Source: a virus
Reading direction: 5' to 3' (one strand)
Virus record (IMG/VR): IMGVR_UViG_3300007512_000025
Location: 13,428-77,427 of that record
DNA: 64,000 nucleotides
The position numbers and the translations under genes were made by a program. The notes under the pieces were generated by a model. It searched no databases and was not told the origin of the DNA. It saw nothing but the letters and a program-made list of their open reading frames with translations. This document shows, piece after piece, positions 30,056 to 40,053 of the stretch (position 1 is its first letter; each line of letters opens with the position of its first letter).

Positions 30056-30331
30056 ATGTCGGATTTTCGGTTAGAAGCGATAAGAGAATTTGTTTCTGCT
30101 CTTACCAAAGACCCCCGCTGCCTTAAAGAAGAAGACAACATTTTATATTGTGAGAAGCTATTTAAAGTCAGTGGCATAATGAATAAAATTTATGCCAAGC
30201 TTGCAAGCGGAGAGATGAGTATCGGTGAGATGAAGCTATACCTTTCATATATAGATGAGTATTTGAACGATGAGGCTGATTTAAACTGGGAATTTGAGGG
30301 CTTGACAAAACAACCCAGAGGAATTAATTAA
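30056..30331 (+). CDS. Hypothetical protein
   Basis: Operonic ORF. Confidence 0.5.
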   Translation: MSDFRLEAIREFVSALTKDPRCLKEEDNILYCEKLFKVSGIMNKIYAKLASGEMSIGEMKLYLSYIDEYLNDEADLNWEFEGLTKQPRGIN

Positions 30332-30332
30332 A

Positions 30333-31076
30333 ATGCCAAGAAAAAAGAAAACTGAAGAAGTTGAAGAAGTTGAGAAGGTTGCAGAATCTGCGGAAGCAGA
30401 GTCGGAATCCGAAGGAGTCGAGGCTGAAGAAGAAAAAGAAGAATCAAAGAAGTCAATCATTATGTTGCCACCGCTCTTTGATATGTTAGGTGGAGGGGCT
30501 GGGCGTTCGGATGGAAAGATTCGTGTCCTTGGAATGATTGGCGACGTAGATGAGGAAAAGGCGAGCGAGTTAATCTATGGTATGCTTTCGCTGAAGGAGA
30601 CTGGCAAGCGGGAAGAATTTAGTGTACCCGAAGACCCCTCGTCTGATATCGTAACATCCTATGAGCCAATAGAAATTATCTGCTCAACACACGGTGGTAG
30701 CGCAAGCGACATGTTCGGTATCTACGACATGATGAGACACATCAGAGATGATATGGACATTGCAACAACCGGCGTTGGCAAGGTGATGTCGGCTGGCGTC
30801 CTTATTCTTGCGGCAGGCACGAAGGGCAAACGAAGGATTGGAAAGAATTGTCGTGTGATGATTCACTCAGTCGTTGGTGGAACCCACGGTGCTATGCACA
30901 ATCTTGAAAACGAGATGGATGAGATTCGATGGATGCAGGAAAGATATATTGAAACGCTGGTTTCCGAGTCCGACATGACAAAGGCAATGGTCAAGAAGAT
31001 GCTGGGTAGAAAAGTTAATATCTATTTAACAGCACAGCAAGCAGTAGAATACGGAATCGCAGACGAGGTATTTTAA
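30333..31076 (+). CDS. clpP: ClpP-family protease
   Basis: STHGGS, GKVMSAG (Ser), MIHS (His), YLTAQQAVEYGIAD. Confidence 0.85.
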   Translation: MPRKKKTEEVEEVEKVAESAEAESESEGVEAEEEKEESKKSIIMLPPLFDMLGGGAGRSDGKIRVLGMIGDVDEEKASELIYGMLSLKETGKREEFSVPEDPSSDIVTSYEPIEIICSTHGGSASDMFGIYDMMRHIRDDMDIATTGVGKVMSAGVLILAAGTKGKRRIGKNCRVMIHSVVGGTHGAMHNLENEMDEIRWMQERYIETLVSESDMTKAMVKKMLGRKVNIYLTAQQAVEYGIADEVF

Positions 31077-31077
31077 A

Positions 31078-32019
31078 ATGGCTGTTGACAAGGTTTTTTA
31101 TAACCAAGCATCCGCGACCAAGCTTGACTGGGAGCCATCATGGTTCGGGTGCGAGCATCACGACGAAGACTTGGTTGAAGCCATTAAAAAGTGGCAGCGA
31201 CGAAACAAGATTACTGCCGATGGCATGTGTGGTCCTAGCACATATAGGAGAGTCTGGACTGAGCGGCAAGCAGACATCCACGACTATGTGCCCAGCCCTT
31301 TTGGATATAAAAGCACAAGCCAGTCCTGTGGGAATAAGTTTATTGTTCACAACAGCAAGTTTATTCCTATTGAATGGGATAAGGTTGTTTTGTGGGATGA
31401 ACCAGATGGTTTGAAGGCAGATGCTGGAAACTATTATAATAATGCTGGCAAGGAAGACCGCAAGCCAAACAACTTTACTAATCATTGGGACGTTTGCCTG
31501 AGTGCAGAGACTTGTGCCAAAGTTTTAAATAAGCGCGGCATTTCGGTTCACTTTTGTATTGACAACGATGGCACCATTTACCAGATGCTCGACACTCAAC
31601 ATGGTGCGTGGCACGCTGGTCATTGGTATGGCAACAAGCAGGGCATCGGTGTGGAAATTTCTAACGCCTATTACACGAAGTACCAAGGGTGGTACGAAAA
31701 GAATTTGGGCGAATCAAGACCAGTCGTTCCGAAGGGTGAGGCAATTGTCCACGGGCGAGGCTTGGACGAGCATCTAGATTTCTATCCTGTGCAGATTGAA
31801 GCCCTAAAGAAGCTGTGGAAGGCGCTGCATCTCGGGCTTGGTATTCCCTTGGAGTATCCAAAGAACCGCGACGGCAGTCTCTGCACAACAGTACACTCGG
31901 ACGTTACGGGTGGCAGATTTGAGGGCTTCCATAATCACTATAATATTACAAAGAACAAAATTGATTGTGCTGGTTTGCAGCTTGACATACTAATTAAAGA
32001 AGTAAAAGAGGAATTATAA
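31078..32019 (+). CDS. Endolysin: PG-binding domain + Amidase_2
   Basis: AIKKWQ...ADGMCGPST PG-binding motif; SVHFCID, AWHAG, IGVEI, HYN...KIDC. Confidence 0.85.
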   Translation: MAVDKVFYNQASATKLDWEPSWFGCEHHDEDLVEAIKKWQRRNKITADGMCGPSTYRRVWTERQADIHDYVPSPFGYKSTSQSCGNKFIVHNSKFIPIEWDKVVLWDEPDGLKADAGNYYNNAGKEDRKPNNFTNHWDVCLSAETCAKVLNKRGISVHFCIDNDGTIYQMLDTQHGAWHAGHWYGNKQGIGVEISNAYYTKYQGWYEKNLGESRPVVPKGEAIVHGRGLDEHLDFYPVQIEALKKLWKALHLGLGIPLEYPKNRDGSLCTTVHSDVTGGRFEGFHNHYNITKNKIDCAGLQLDILIKEVKEEL

Positions 32020-32020
32020 A

Positions 32021-33811
32021 ATGCCCGACTGGAACCTGCTCGTTGAGAATTATTATAAAAAGAATCGCCCTGACAAGTGGGGTCAAGACGCTATTGATAA
32101 ATTGATTCTGGAAATGCTGGGCGAGGAAGAAGAACAGGAAGATAAGAATGAAGACCCTGACTACTCAGCAGCGACCGAGCCGGAAACAGTTAAATGGTTT
32201 CTTGATTTCTTGCGGAAGAATGGGTATGAAAATGTTGCGATAGAAAAAATGGTTGGAGGTAAAAGTCCAAGAGTTCGCCTTACAAACTTGGGAACAAAAG
32301 CACAGCGAACAAAAATTGCAGACCTTGTTGCAAAGGCGGGAAAAGATGCCGAGCAAATTTCTGCTGGTGGCATGGGCGATGAGTATAAAAGAATGAGAAT
32401 AGGAAATCAGATTTTTGACCTTGTGCAAGGCGGCGGCGGCGCTTCTGCTGAAGGCTCCGATGCTTGCGAGGTAATGGACTCAACAGCGTTTGAAGGCAAT
32501 CTCGTATACGGTCTTCTTTATCTTTCTAGTGGCGAAGATGCTGCAAAATCATATCTGGAACAGGCACGCGCCCAAGACAAGGGCATCGTTTGTTCGGAAG
32601 TTGCACTAAAGGCTGGTATCAGCGCAGCTAAATCGGCTATGCCAAAGATTAAAGAGTATGGCTTAGACCCCAGTGATTCTAAGCGTGCATCTGGTGGTGA
32701 GATTGCAGCCACTCTTACCGAACCCTATGTTGCTCATGGGGCAAAGAGTACCGAAGCGAAAGCTGATATGATTGTGGGCGGTGTTGGTTGCAGCGTAAAG
32801 AAGAAGGAGGCTGCACAGTTTATGTCTGCTCAAGGTCCAGAAATGGCGGCAGTCATGGACGTTGTGATGAATCAATTGGCTACTCAACAAAAGGCAGATT
32901 TGTCTAGCGAGATTGATGAATTCGTCAACAGTTTGCAAAGGGCAATTGGTTCTGAAAAGAAAGCACATGCCAAGGATGCTGAAAGCGGTGAACTTACTAA
33001 AGGTGCAGCTTCATGGTATCAGTCTAAACAACAGTTGGCTACGGCAACGGGGGAATCAGACACGTTGTTCGGAAAATTAATAACAAAGGCTATAAACATT
33101 GATGACCTTGATGATTTGACGCCAGAAGAAAAGCAACAATTAACAATCGCACTTGAGGATACGGGAGCAGAAAGTTTCATGAATTTGAGAGAATCAGTGA
33201 AAGATGTTTTGTTTGACCCCAGCTTCAAGGCTGCGGTGTGTAAAGAGGGGATTACTGGGTTTGGTAAGTTCAATGAAGACGAACCCAAGGCGTATTCAAT
33301 GTTCAAGTGGAGTGCGAAAGACCCAAGCAAGGCTGACTTTACTGTCTTTTATGCAAATGGGAAGTGGGACGAAGAATGGTTTAGCAAAGTCGCAGCCCGC
33401 GCCAAACTGGAAGTGCGCGAACGAGGCAAGGCGACTGCCCGAGGGAGCGGAACCCGCGCAGAGATGGATAAGTATGAAGTAGACAAAGACGGCAATAGAA
33501 TCAAAGAATCGCTGGGGCTTTTGGATGTAGGTTTCTCTTTTTCAGACGAAGATATGAGAGAGATTGAACTTCATACCGAAGATATTTATTCTCATTTTAT
33601 GGAAACCCAATTGTTACAAGAAGGTGCCATTTGGGACGCCATCAAGGGCGCTGCTTCAAAGGCAAAAGATATTGCCAGCAAGGTGTGGAAAAAAATTGCA
33701 GGATTTATTGCAAGGGCTGCAAAATATATTAAAAACCTTTTCCAGAAAGGCTTCTCTTATCTGCTGGAAGCGGTTGGTCTTGAGGTCACTTCGTTTGAAG
33801 TGCAATATTAA
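32021..33811 (+). CDS. Hypothetical protein, probably virion/head-associated
   Basis: 596 aa with LVEN/LQEG/IKES sites; ACTAATTA 25 nt upstream. KADMIV...SVKK could be a PD-(D/E)xK-like motif. Confidence 0.5.
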   Translation: MPDWNLLVENYYKKNRPDKWGQDAIDKLILEMLGEEEEQEDKNEDPDYSAATEPETVKWFLDFLRKNGYENVAIEKMVGGKSPRVRLTNLGTKAQRTKIADLVAKAGKDAEQISAGGMGDEYKRMRIGNQIFDLVQGGGGASAEGSDACEVMDSTAFEGNLVYGLLYLSSGEDAAKSYLEQARAQDKGIVCSEVALKAGISAAKSAMPKIKEYGLDPSDSKRASGGEIAATLTEPYVAHGAKSTEAKADMIVGGVGCSVKKKEAAQFMSAQGPEMAAVMDVVMNQLATQQKADLSSEIDEFVNSLQRAIGSEKKAHAKDAESGELTKGAASWYQSKQQLATATGESDTLFGKLITKAINIDDLDDLTPEEKQQLTIALEDTGAESFMNLRESVKDVLFDPSFKAAVCKEGITGFGKFNEDEPKAYSMFKWSAKDPSKADFTVFYANGKWDEEWFSKVAARAKLEVRERGKATARGSGTRAEMDKYEVDKDGNRIKESLGLLDVGFSFSDEDMREIELHTEDIYSHFMETQLLQEGAIWDAIKGAASKAKDIASKVWKKIAGFIARAAKYIKNLFQKGFSYLLEAVGLEVTSFEVQY

Positions 33812-33886
33812 TAAAAAATAAACTTTACAAAGCACAAAAATAGTGTTATATTATAAACAATAAATCTACATCACTCGGAGGATAAA

Positions 33887-35470
33887 TTGAGTAAGGTATA
33901 TGATTCTAATCTATCGTTGATTAAAAAGATTGCAACAGGTGTTAACCTGTTGGCAGATAACGTGGGGGCGACCCTTGGACCAAAGGGTCGAAATGTGATT
34001 CTGCAAAAGGCAGGCGAACGCCCTGTCATTACGAAGGACGGCGTGACCGTTGCTTCATTCGTGGACGCTGAAGACCCGTTTGAGAATCTGGGCATCCAAG
34101 TGGTCAAGCAAGCATCTCAGGTGACAGCAGAAGAAGCAGGCGATGGCACTACCACGTCTACGATGATTGCGAGAGGCATTGTTGAGGGTGCGACCAAGCA
34201 CTTGATTGCTGGGGTGTCTCCTACTGAGATTAAACGCGGGATGGATTTTGCCATGACGCAGCTACTAGAGTCCTTGACCAAAGTGGCAAAGCCTCTCACA
34301 TCTTTTGAACAGGTCGAGAACATCGCAGTTATCTCTGCCAATGGCGATAAGAAGTTGGGCGGTTTGATTGCTCAAGCTATCGACCAAGTGGGAAAGCATG
34401 GCGCAATTCAGATTGAACCAGCTAATTCACAGAACACCACGCTTGAATTGATTGAGGGCTTCCAGTTTGATTCTGGATACCTGTCCAAGACTTTCGTTAC
34501 CGACAGGCGTAGGTGGACAGTGCGTCATGAGAACGCACTTGTCCTTGTATACGACGGGGTTATTTCTTCGGTGGAGGAATTGTTTCCCGTGTTGCAACTC
34601 GTTGCCAGAGAGGGTAGAGCCTTGACTGTGGTGGCTGAAGATGTAAAGGACCAAGCACTTGCGGCGTTGATTACCAATGTCACGCGAGGCTCCATGAAGG
34701 TCGCTGCTGTGAAGGCACCGGGCTACGGTGAAGAACGCCGCGCTTGCTTGAGCGACCTCGCCATGTCCGTTGGCGGGACTCTGATAGGTCCAGCCCACGG
34801 CACAACTCTAAAGAATACCAAGTTGACTGACTTGGGGCAGGCTCACACTGTCGAGGCTAAGAAGAACTGGTCTACGTTTGTCGGCGGTCGAGGCGACCCC
34901 GATGTAATCGAGGAAAGAATTAATAATCTCAAGGAAGAAATACTTCAGACCGAGAACATGAAGGAGTGCGACTCCATCCAGCGGAGAATCAACCGACTTG
35001 CTAGTGGCATCGGCATTATCAAGGTCGGTGGAAGCACAGAGATTGAAATGATGGAGGCACTGCATCGTGCTGACGATGCGCTCAAGGCTGTGAAGTCTGC
35101 TCAAGAACAGGGTGTCATTGCAGGCGGCGGTGTCGCTCTGTTGAACGCTGTCGAGGTAGTTAGTCAAGAGGACTTCACTGCGATGACAAGCGCAGAGCAA
35201 GTGGGCGTCCAGATTGTTTTTGATGCCTGCACCGAACCCGTTAGGCAGATGGCTTTGAACGCTGGATTGTCTCCAGATATCATGATTAATAATATTAATT
35301 CTCTGAATTTTGGGTGCGGATATAATTTCTTTACGGGCGAAGATGATGTGGCAATGATGGACGAAGGTATCATCGACCCAGTGAAGGTAACTAAATCTGC
35401 TCTTACAAACGCTGTGTCCGCAGCGGGCACACTAATCACCACAAGTCATGGAATTGTCGAGACAAAATAG
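33887..35470 (+). CDS. groEL: GroEL-like chaperonin
   Basis: TLGPKGRNV, TKDGVTVA, AGDGTTT, ISANGD, KAPGYG, IIDPVKV; TTG start with GGAGG SD. Confidence 0.92.
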   Translation: MSKVYDSNLSLIKKIATGVNLLADNVGATLGPKGRNVILQKAGERPVITKDGVTVASFVDAEDPFENLGIQVVKQASQVTAEEAGDGTTTSTMIARGIVEGATKHLIAGVSPTEIKRGMDFAMTQLLESLTKVAKPLTSFEQVENIAVISANGDKKLGGLIAQAIDQVGKHGAIQIEPANSQNTTLELIEGFQFDSGYLSKTFVTDRRRWTVRHENALVLVYDGVISSVEELFPVLQLVAREGRALTVVAEDVKDQALAALITNVTRGSMKVAAVKAPGYGEERRACLSDLAMSVGGTLIGPAHGTTLKNTKLTDLGQAHTVEAKKNWSTFVGGRGDPDVIEERINNLKEEILQTENMKECDSIQRRINRLASGIGIIKVGGSTEIEMMEALHRADDALKAVKSAQEQGVIAGGGVALLNAVEVVSQEDFTAMTSAEQVGVQIVFDACTEPVRQMALNAGLSPDIMINNINSLNFGCGYNFFTGEDDVAMMDEGIIDPVKVTKSALTNAVSAAGTLITTSHGIVETK

Positions 35471-35542
35471 GTTCTTTACAACTATTTACTCCAGAATGTA
35501 ATTTTCACGTCGGGGGGAATTTCATTTCTTGGAGGGAAAGAA

Positions 35543-35929
35543 ATGTCAGAAGAAAATCAACAGTTAGCAGCCATCGCAGCACAGCTTACCAACATTGAGG
35601 CTCAGTTGGAAACGGTTAAGCACCATCCATCACAAAATGGTGGCTGGGCTGACCTGATGGGCATGATTGAGAGGATTGACGCTCGCCTTGGCGCAATGGA
35701 GATAGCTTTGAACGACCCAGTGTCAGGCACAATCGCACGGGTTAAAGAGTTGTCTGATTGGAGAAGCCGAGCGGATGCGACACTGGATGGCAACCGGCAG
35801 CAGGACGAGCGACTGCTGAAATTAGAGATGCAAGTCCAGCTATACAACAAGGTTACATGGGCAATCGGCGCGGGCGTCTTGGCGCTTATGGTAAAAGCTT
35901 TCATGTCTGTTATTGTGCCCGGTGTTTAA
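35543..35929 (+). CDS. Coiled-coil protein with C-terminal TM helix (holin/XhlA-like candidate)
   Basis: Heptad repeats followed by WAIGAGVLALMVKAFMSVIV. Confidence 0.45.
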   Translation: MSEENQQLAAIAAQLTNIEAQLETVKHHPSQNGGWADLMGMIERIDARLGAMEIALNDPVSGTIARVKELSDWRSRADATLDGNRQQDERLLKLEMQVQLYNKVTWAIGAGVLALMVKAFMSVIVPGV

Positions 35930-35959
35930 AATTTTTTTTAATAAATTATGAGATTTTGC

Positions 35960-35988
35960 TTGACACTCCCCGTTCCTTATGTTATATT
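35960..35988 (+). promoter_or_regulatory. Sigma70-type promoter
   Basis: TTGACA-17-TATATT with TG extension. Confidence 0.7.
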
Positions 35989-36014
35989 ACTAATGTAATA
36001 AAGGAGAGAGAGTT

Positions 36015-36356
36015 ATGACTATTGCCGACCCAAGACTGGAACTGGATTCAACCCGCTGCCCTGCCATGGTGCAAGAAGAACTGCCAAACTTTGTGGCAAA
36101 ACTTCAAACAATGATGAACGAGCATTATACAGGTAGGTTTGCAAACCTGACCCCGCCAGAAGTTTTCGTGGCTGGTGGTCGAAAATATATTAAGATTGCC
36201 AAGCGCGACAATCAGACCAGCGTGTGGTGTTTCGTTCGTGCTGCCGATGGTGCAATCCTCAAGGCTGCGACTTGGAAGGCTCCCGCACTGAACTATGTGC
36301 GTGGAAGCATCTTCGACCAAGAGATTGTGGCGCTCACTCCGTATGGCTGTCGATAG
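36015..36356 (+). CDS. Conserved-type phage early protein
   Basis: GRKYIKI...SVWCFV...GAILKAATWKAPA..RGSI pattern. Confidence 0.6.
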   Translation: MTIADPRLELDSTRCPAMVQEELPNFVAKLQTMMNEHYTGRFANLTPPEVFVAGGRKYIKIAKRDNQTSVWCFVRAADGAILKAATWKAPALNYVRGSIFDQEIVALTPYGCR

Positions 36357-36393
36357 ATGGGACAGAAATTGACCGGAATTAATGAGAAAGTGC

Positions 36394-36422
36394 TTGACAA
36401 ATATACCTGCCTATGCTATATT
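36394..36422 (+). promoter_or_regulatory. Sigma70-type promoter
   Basis: TTGACA-17-TATATT with TG extension. Confidence 0.7.
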
Positions 36423-36448
36423 TATAATGTGAGAGGGAGTTGTTACTA

Positions 36449-37231
36449 ATGAAAAAGAATCTTCGTGAACGCCTTAATGCCTTGGTTGCTAATCCCCGCA
36501 TTCAATTTGCGGGACGCGACCTCGACTTCGCTAAATCTCTGCTGGCTTATTATGAGCGCACAGGACGCCTCACCTCTGGTCGCAGGACTTGGGTTGACCG
36601 TCTTGAGGCTCGCTATGCTGAAGACGCTCCTGACAACAGTGACACGGGCGTAACGGCGCGTATTGTGGACGTGATGGCTCGCACCCAAGAGGATACATGG
36701 GACCACAACTTCTTGGGTTCCGTCCTTCAGCAGAATCGTGAGCGTGGACAGTTGAGCAGCCGCCAGCTTGAGATTTTGGGCAAGATTGAAGAACGCTACA
36801 GTCAAGACGCGATTGATAAAAAGGCTTCGTGGGCTGGCTGCTGGACTGACGAAATGTCTGAGCGTATGCAAGTTGCCGCTCGCTATTACCTTGCCAACCC
36901 GCCTTATTACGGCGACCTGTCTCGGCAGGTTCTTAACAACGCTGACTTCGTTCCCACCGAGCGGCAGTACCGTGCGTTGACTGAGAACAAGTATACTATC
37001 AAGGTGCTTGCTGCTCACTTCGCGGCTCCTACGTTTCCAGTTGGGGCAAAGGTGGAGGCTCGGGCTAACGCTCCCTATGGTATCAAGGGCAAGATGGGCT
37101 TTATCATGAAGACCGATGCAAAGCCAGTTACCAACGCTGCGCGTGGCACCAAGGTCTACATGGTTCTCCCCGTTGGCGAGCCAACTCCCATTTTCTGTGA
37201 AGAGCGACACCTCAAGCGGGGTCGCTTCTAA
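36449..37231 (+). CDS. Hypothetical protein with C-terminal SH3/KOW-like module
   Basis: Two related N-terminal modules (F..SLL...G.L[TS]..Q/R), then FPVGAKV. Confidence 0.55.
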   Translation: MKKNLRERLNALVANPRIQFAGRDLDFAKSLLAYYERTGRLTSGRRTWVDRLEARYAEDAPDNSDTGVTARIVDVMARTQEDTWDHNFLGSVLQQNRERGQLSSRQLEILGKIEERYSQDAIDKKASWAGCWTDEMSERMQVAARYYLANPPYYGDLSRQVLNNADFVPTERQYRALTENKYTIKVLAAHFAAPTFPVGAKVEARANAPYGIKGKMGFIMKTDAKPVTNAARGTKVYMVLPVGEPTPIFCEERHLKRGRF

Positions 37232-37295
37232 AAAATAATTATTTTACTTAACAAGTGTACACTTTCGGGTGTATACTTGTATATATGGAGGATTA

Positions 37296-37790
37296 ATGAG
37301 GGTAAATATTCAGTATTCGGTTGAACTTAATGACTTGCCAGATGAATTAGAAAAGCTAATTGAGTCTACGGTGACTGACCGTCTTAGGGTGGCAATGCTG
37401 CGAACGTCTGCGCTTGACTTTGATGATAGGACTGACCATATCGCAGTGGAGATTGATGAAGTTCGCAAGTTGCTGTATGAGGTTGATGAGCGTTTATCGG
37501 ATGTAAGCGGGCTTCTAAAAGCTTGGGCTGTCCAGCAGGCAGCTATCGTCCAGCAAGAGGTGGCTAATGCCACCACAGCGGAACCAGAGCCAGAGCCGGT
37601 TATCTCTGAAACAGAGGTCGTTCATGTGGATGTGGGCAAGCCAGCCGCAGCATCGGAAGAAACTATGAACATGGTACGAGCGAGCCTAACCGCCCACAAG
37701 CGGGAAACAGATGCTTTACGCAGAACGATGAATCTCGGCTTCGACCCAGACCTTGACATTGGGTCAGAAGGGGCTGACGATGAAGGTTGA
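37296..37790 (+). CDS. Hypothetical coiled-coil protein
   Basis: GGAGG SD before MRVNIQYSV. Confidence 0.55.
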   Translation: MRVNIQYSVELNDLPDELEKLIESTVTDRLRVAMLRTSALDFDDRTDHIAVEIDEVRKLLYEVDERLSDVSGLLKAWAVQQAAIVQQEVANATTAEPEPEPVISETEVVHVDVGKPAAASEETMNMVRASLTAHKRETDALRRTMNLGFDPDLDIGSEGADDEG

Positions 37791-38040
37791 AAAGGGAACG
37801 CTGGTCTATGTGCCAGCGAATGTAAGATTGATTAAAGAGAGTGCTGACCCCAGCGACTATGATACTTATGTTAAAGATTATGTCGTGACCACCAAGCCCG
37901 TCAATTGTTTAGTGGTGGGCGTTGGAAGCAAGGGTCACAAGAGATATAAAATCATTTATGAAGGCGCATCGTGGTATGTAAATTCAAACAATGTGTATGA
38001 AGTACAAAAGGAGCATACAAATGTTAGTGAAATTGGTTGA
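37780..38040 (+). CDS. Small SH3-like hypothetical protein
   Basis: MKVEKGTLVYV start. Confidence 0.5.
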   Translation: MKVEKGTLVYVPANVRLIKESADPSDYDTYVKDYVVTTKPVNCLVVGVGSKGHKRYKIIYEGASWYVNSNNVYEVQKEHTNVSEIG

Positions 38041-38335
38041 AGTTATTGAGGTTAAGCGGAATTATTCGCAAAAGGCAGAGAACACAAAGGGCAATTCTTA
38101 TAGTTTGCGAGAGGTGACGGTCAATCCCAACCACGTTGTGTGTTTGAGGGAAGATATCAACATGAATCAGCGGTTGACCGAGGGTCGATTGCCTGAAGAT
38201 ATTGACAGCCGTCAAAGGTTTACTCGTATCTACCTTGACAGAGGGCAGAGCGGCATTGACCTGACTGTTGTTGGTAGTCTTGAGCAAACACAGCGCACGC
38301 TGGGTGTAGATGGTAGGGAGGTAATTCGTGGCTGA
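38021..38335 (+). CDS. Hypothetical protein
   Basis: AAGGAG SD. Confidence 0.55.
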   Translation: MLVKLVEVIEVKRNYSQKAENTKGNSYSLREVTVNPNHVVCLREDINMNQRLTEGRLPEDIDSRQRFTRIYLDRGQSGIDLTVVGSLEQTQRTLGVDGREVIRG

Positions 38336-38600
38336 GTTATCAGAATATTATCGCATCGTAGCGTGGGAGCGATGCCCGTGGTGCGTCAAGGCTCACGCCT
38401 TGCTGAAGGAAAGCGGCGCGGATGTGCATATGATGTACTATGAGCGAGGCACACAAGAACTCCAAGAGGCGAAAGAGCGCAATAATTGGCAGACGGTTCC
38501 CATGGTCACGCATGTGACTGTCCACGGGGATGACATTAAGGAAACTTTTGTTGGAGGCTATGATAATTTGTGTAGATTTATAGGTGCAAACGGTGAATGA
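38328..38600 (+). CDS. Glutaredoxin
   Basis: CPWC, TVP, VGGYD. Confidence 0.85.
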   Translation: MAELSEYYRIVAWERCPWCVKAHALLKESGADVHMMYYERGTQELQEAKERNNWQTVPMVTHVTVHGDDIKETFVGGYDNLCRFIGANGE

Positions 38601-38970
38601 AGTGAGTAACGCATCTTATTATCTGCTCCCCGGCTATCAAGCGATGATAGCCATGATAGAATTAAAAGAGATTCAGGACATTTCTTCGCATTTGCTAAAG
38701 TATTTTGCTGGCGAGTCTGATGTCGAACATTGGGAATCCACTGCAATACCAGAGATAGCAGAATTATACTCTGGCTCCCGTGCGTGCATTGGTATGCTTG
38801 AACACCTGATGAAGCAAGAGCCACCACCACAGTACCGAGAGAGGGTCGAAGGCGGTGGCATCTGCGTATCAGGCGATGAGTATATGGGCTTCGTCGGCTT
38901 GATGGAGACTATGAGGGCGCTCAAAAAGAGCGTTGAGGTGAGGCACAATATTTCTTTTGAGATTCACTGA
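38584..38970 (+). CDS. Hypothetical protein (start uncertain)
   Basis: Operonic ORF. Confidence 0.45.
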   Translation: MQTVNEVSNASYYLLPGYQAMIAMIELKEIQDISSHLLKYFAGESDVEHWESTAIPEIAELYSGSRACIGMLEHLMKQEPPPQYRERVEGGGICVSGDEYMGFVGLMETMRALKKSVEVRHNISFEIH

Positions 38971-39900
38971 ATGAATGTATATGAGAGGTTTGAGAACTAC
39001 GCTGAAAACCACTGCTGGCAGTATGAAATACGCCAGCAAAATCTTTCTTTAGACCTTAAAGAGTCTGGGCTGAGTGAAGAAGAAGCACAAAAGCTGTCTA
39101 TATCGGATTTTGAATTCGCCTTTGTTCCAAAAGAAAACAAAGAGGTGTGCCAAGAGATTAAAGATTTTATTGAGCGACACGAATGGCTTGGTAAGATGCC
39201 CATCTGGGCAACGCAAAGATTCACGGCACGGTTAAGGGGCAGCGGAATCCTCGCAGGCGTTGTTGTCATGGCTACGCCGAACACTTTTTCAAACCTGCTG
39301 GGGCGCGAGAACAAGGGGAAAGAAAAGCTAATCTCCCGTGGCGCTAGTATATCGTGGTCGCCAAAGAACATGGGTTCGTGGCTAATCATGAGTGCCGTGC
39401 GCTGGATGGTGGCGAATACAGAATTCAGATTCTTCACTGCTTACAGTGACCCAGAAGCTAAAGAGTTGGGAACAATTTATCAGGCGTGCAACTTTATTTA
39501 TTTGGGGCAGAAGTTTGGCACCGGCAAACAATTTTTAGACCCTGCTAATCCCAAGCGCGGCTGGTTTGGTTCGTCTGGGTTTAGCGACAGGAGCCAGATT
39601 GTCAGGTATGCCAAGAAGCTGGGCATTGAGTGGCAACCTGAGTGGTACAAGATGGTCGGCTCAAAGAAGAACTATAGAAAGGTTGACTGGTCAGCAATCC
39701 CCGAACAAGTTACTCAGCGGCTGAAACAAGAGCGCACATCTCACAAGGCGCGGTGCCAGCAAAGACCATCCCCATCCAAGCACAAGTATGTTTATATTCT
39801 TGGAAAGTCCAAGAAAGAAACTAAGTTTTATAAAAAGTTGTTTGAACATCATAGCCCCGAAAAGGTTGGATTACCGTATCCAGCCTTGCGAGGTCGTTGA
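38971..39900 (+). CDS. Mom-like (GNAT-fold) DNA modification protein
   Basis: PKNMGSWLI...AYSDPEAKELGTIYQACNFIYLG resembles the Mu Mom family S(F/Y)AD...G.(I/V)YQA.N motif. Confidence 0.65.
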   Translation: MNVYERFENYAENHCWQYEIRQQNLSLDLKESGLSEEEAQKLSISDFEFAFVPKENKEVCQEIKDFIERHEWLGKMPIWATQRFTARLRGSGILAGVVVMATPNTFSNLLGRENKGKEKLISRGASISWSPKNMGSWLIMSAVRWMVANTEFRFFTAYSDPEAKELGTIYQACNFIYLGQKFGTGKQFLDPANPKRGWFGSSGFSDRSQIVRYAKKLGIEWQPEWYKMVGSKKNYRKVDWSAIPEQVTQRLKQERTSHKARCQQRPSPSKHKYVYILGKSKKETKFYKKLFEHHSPEKVGLPYPALRGR

Positions 39901-40053
39901 GTTTTTTCGCTTTTATAATTAGGACGGACAGTGTTTCATCTCACTATATTTTATAAAATTCACAGGTTTTTCGGTACTACTCGGAAAACCGCACTTTTGT
40001 TCGTGGAGCAACTATTTATAAGGTGACCACAGGAATCATGGAGGTTTTTACCA

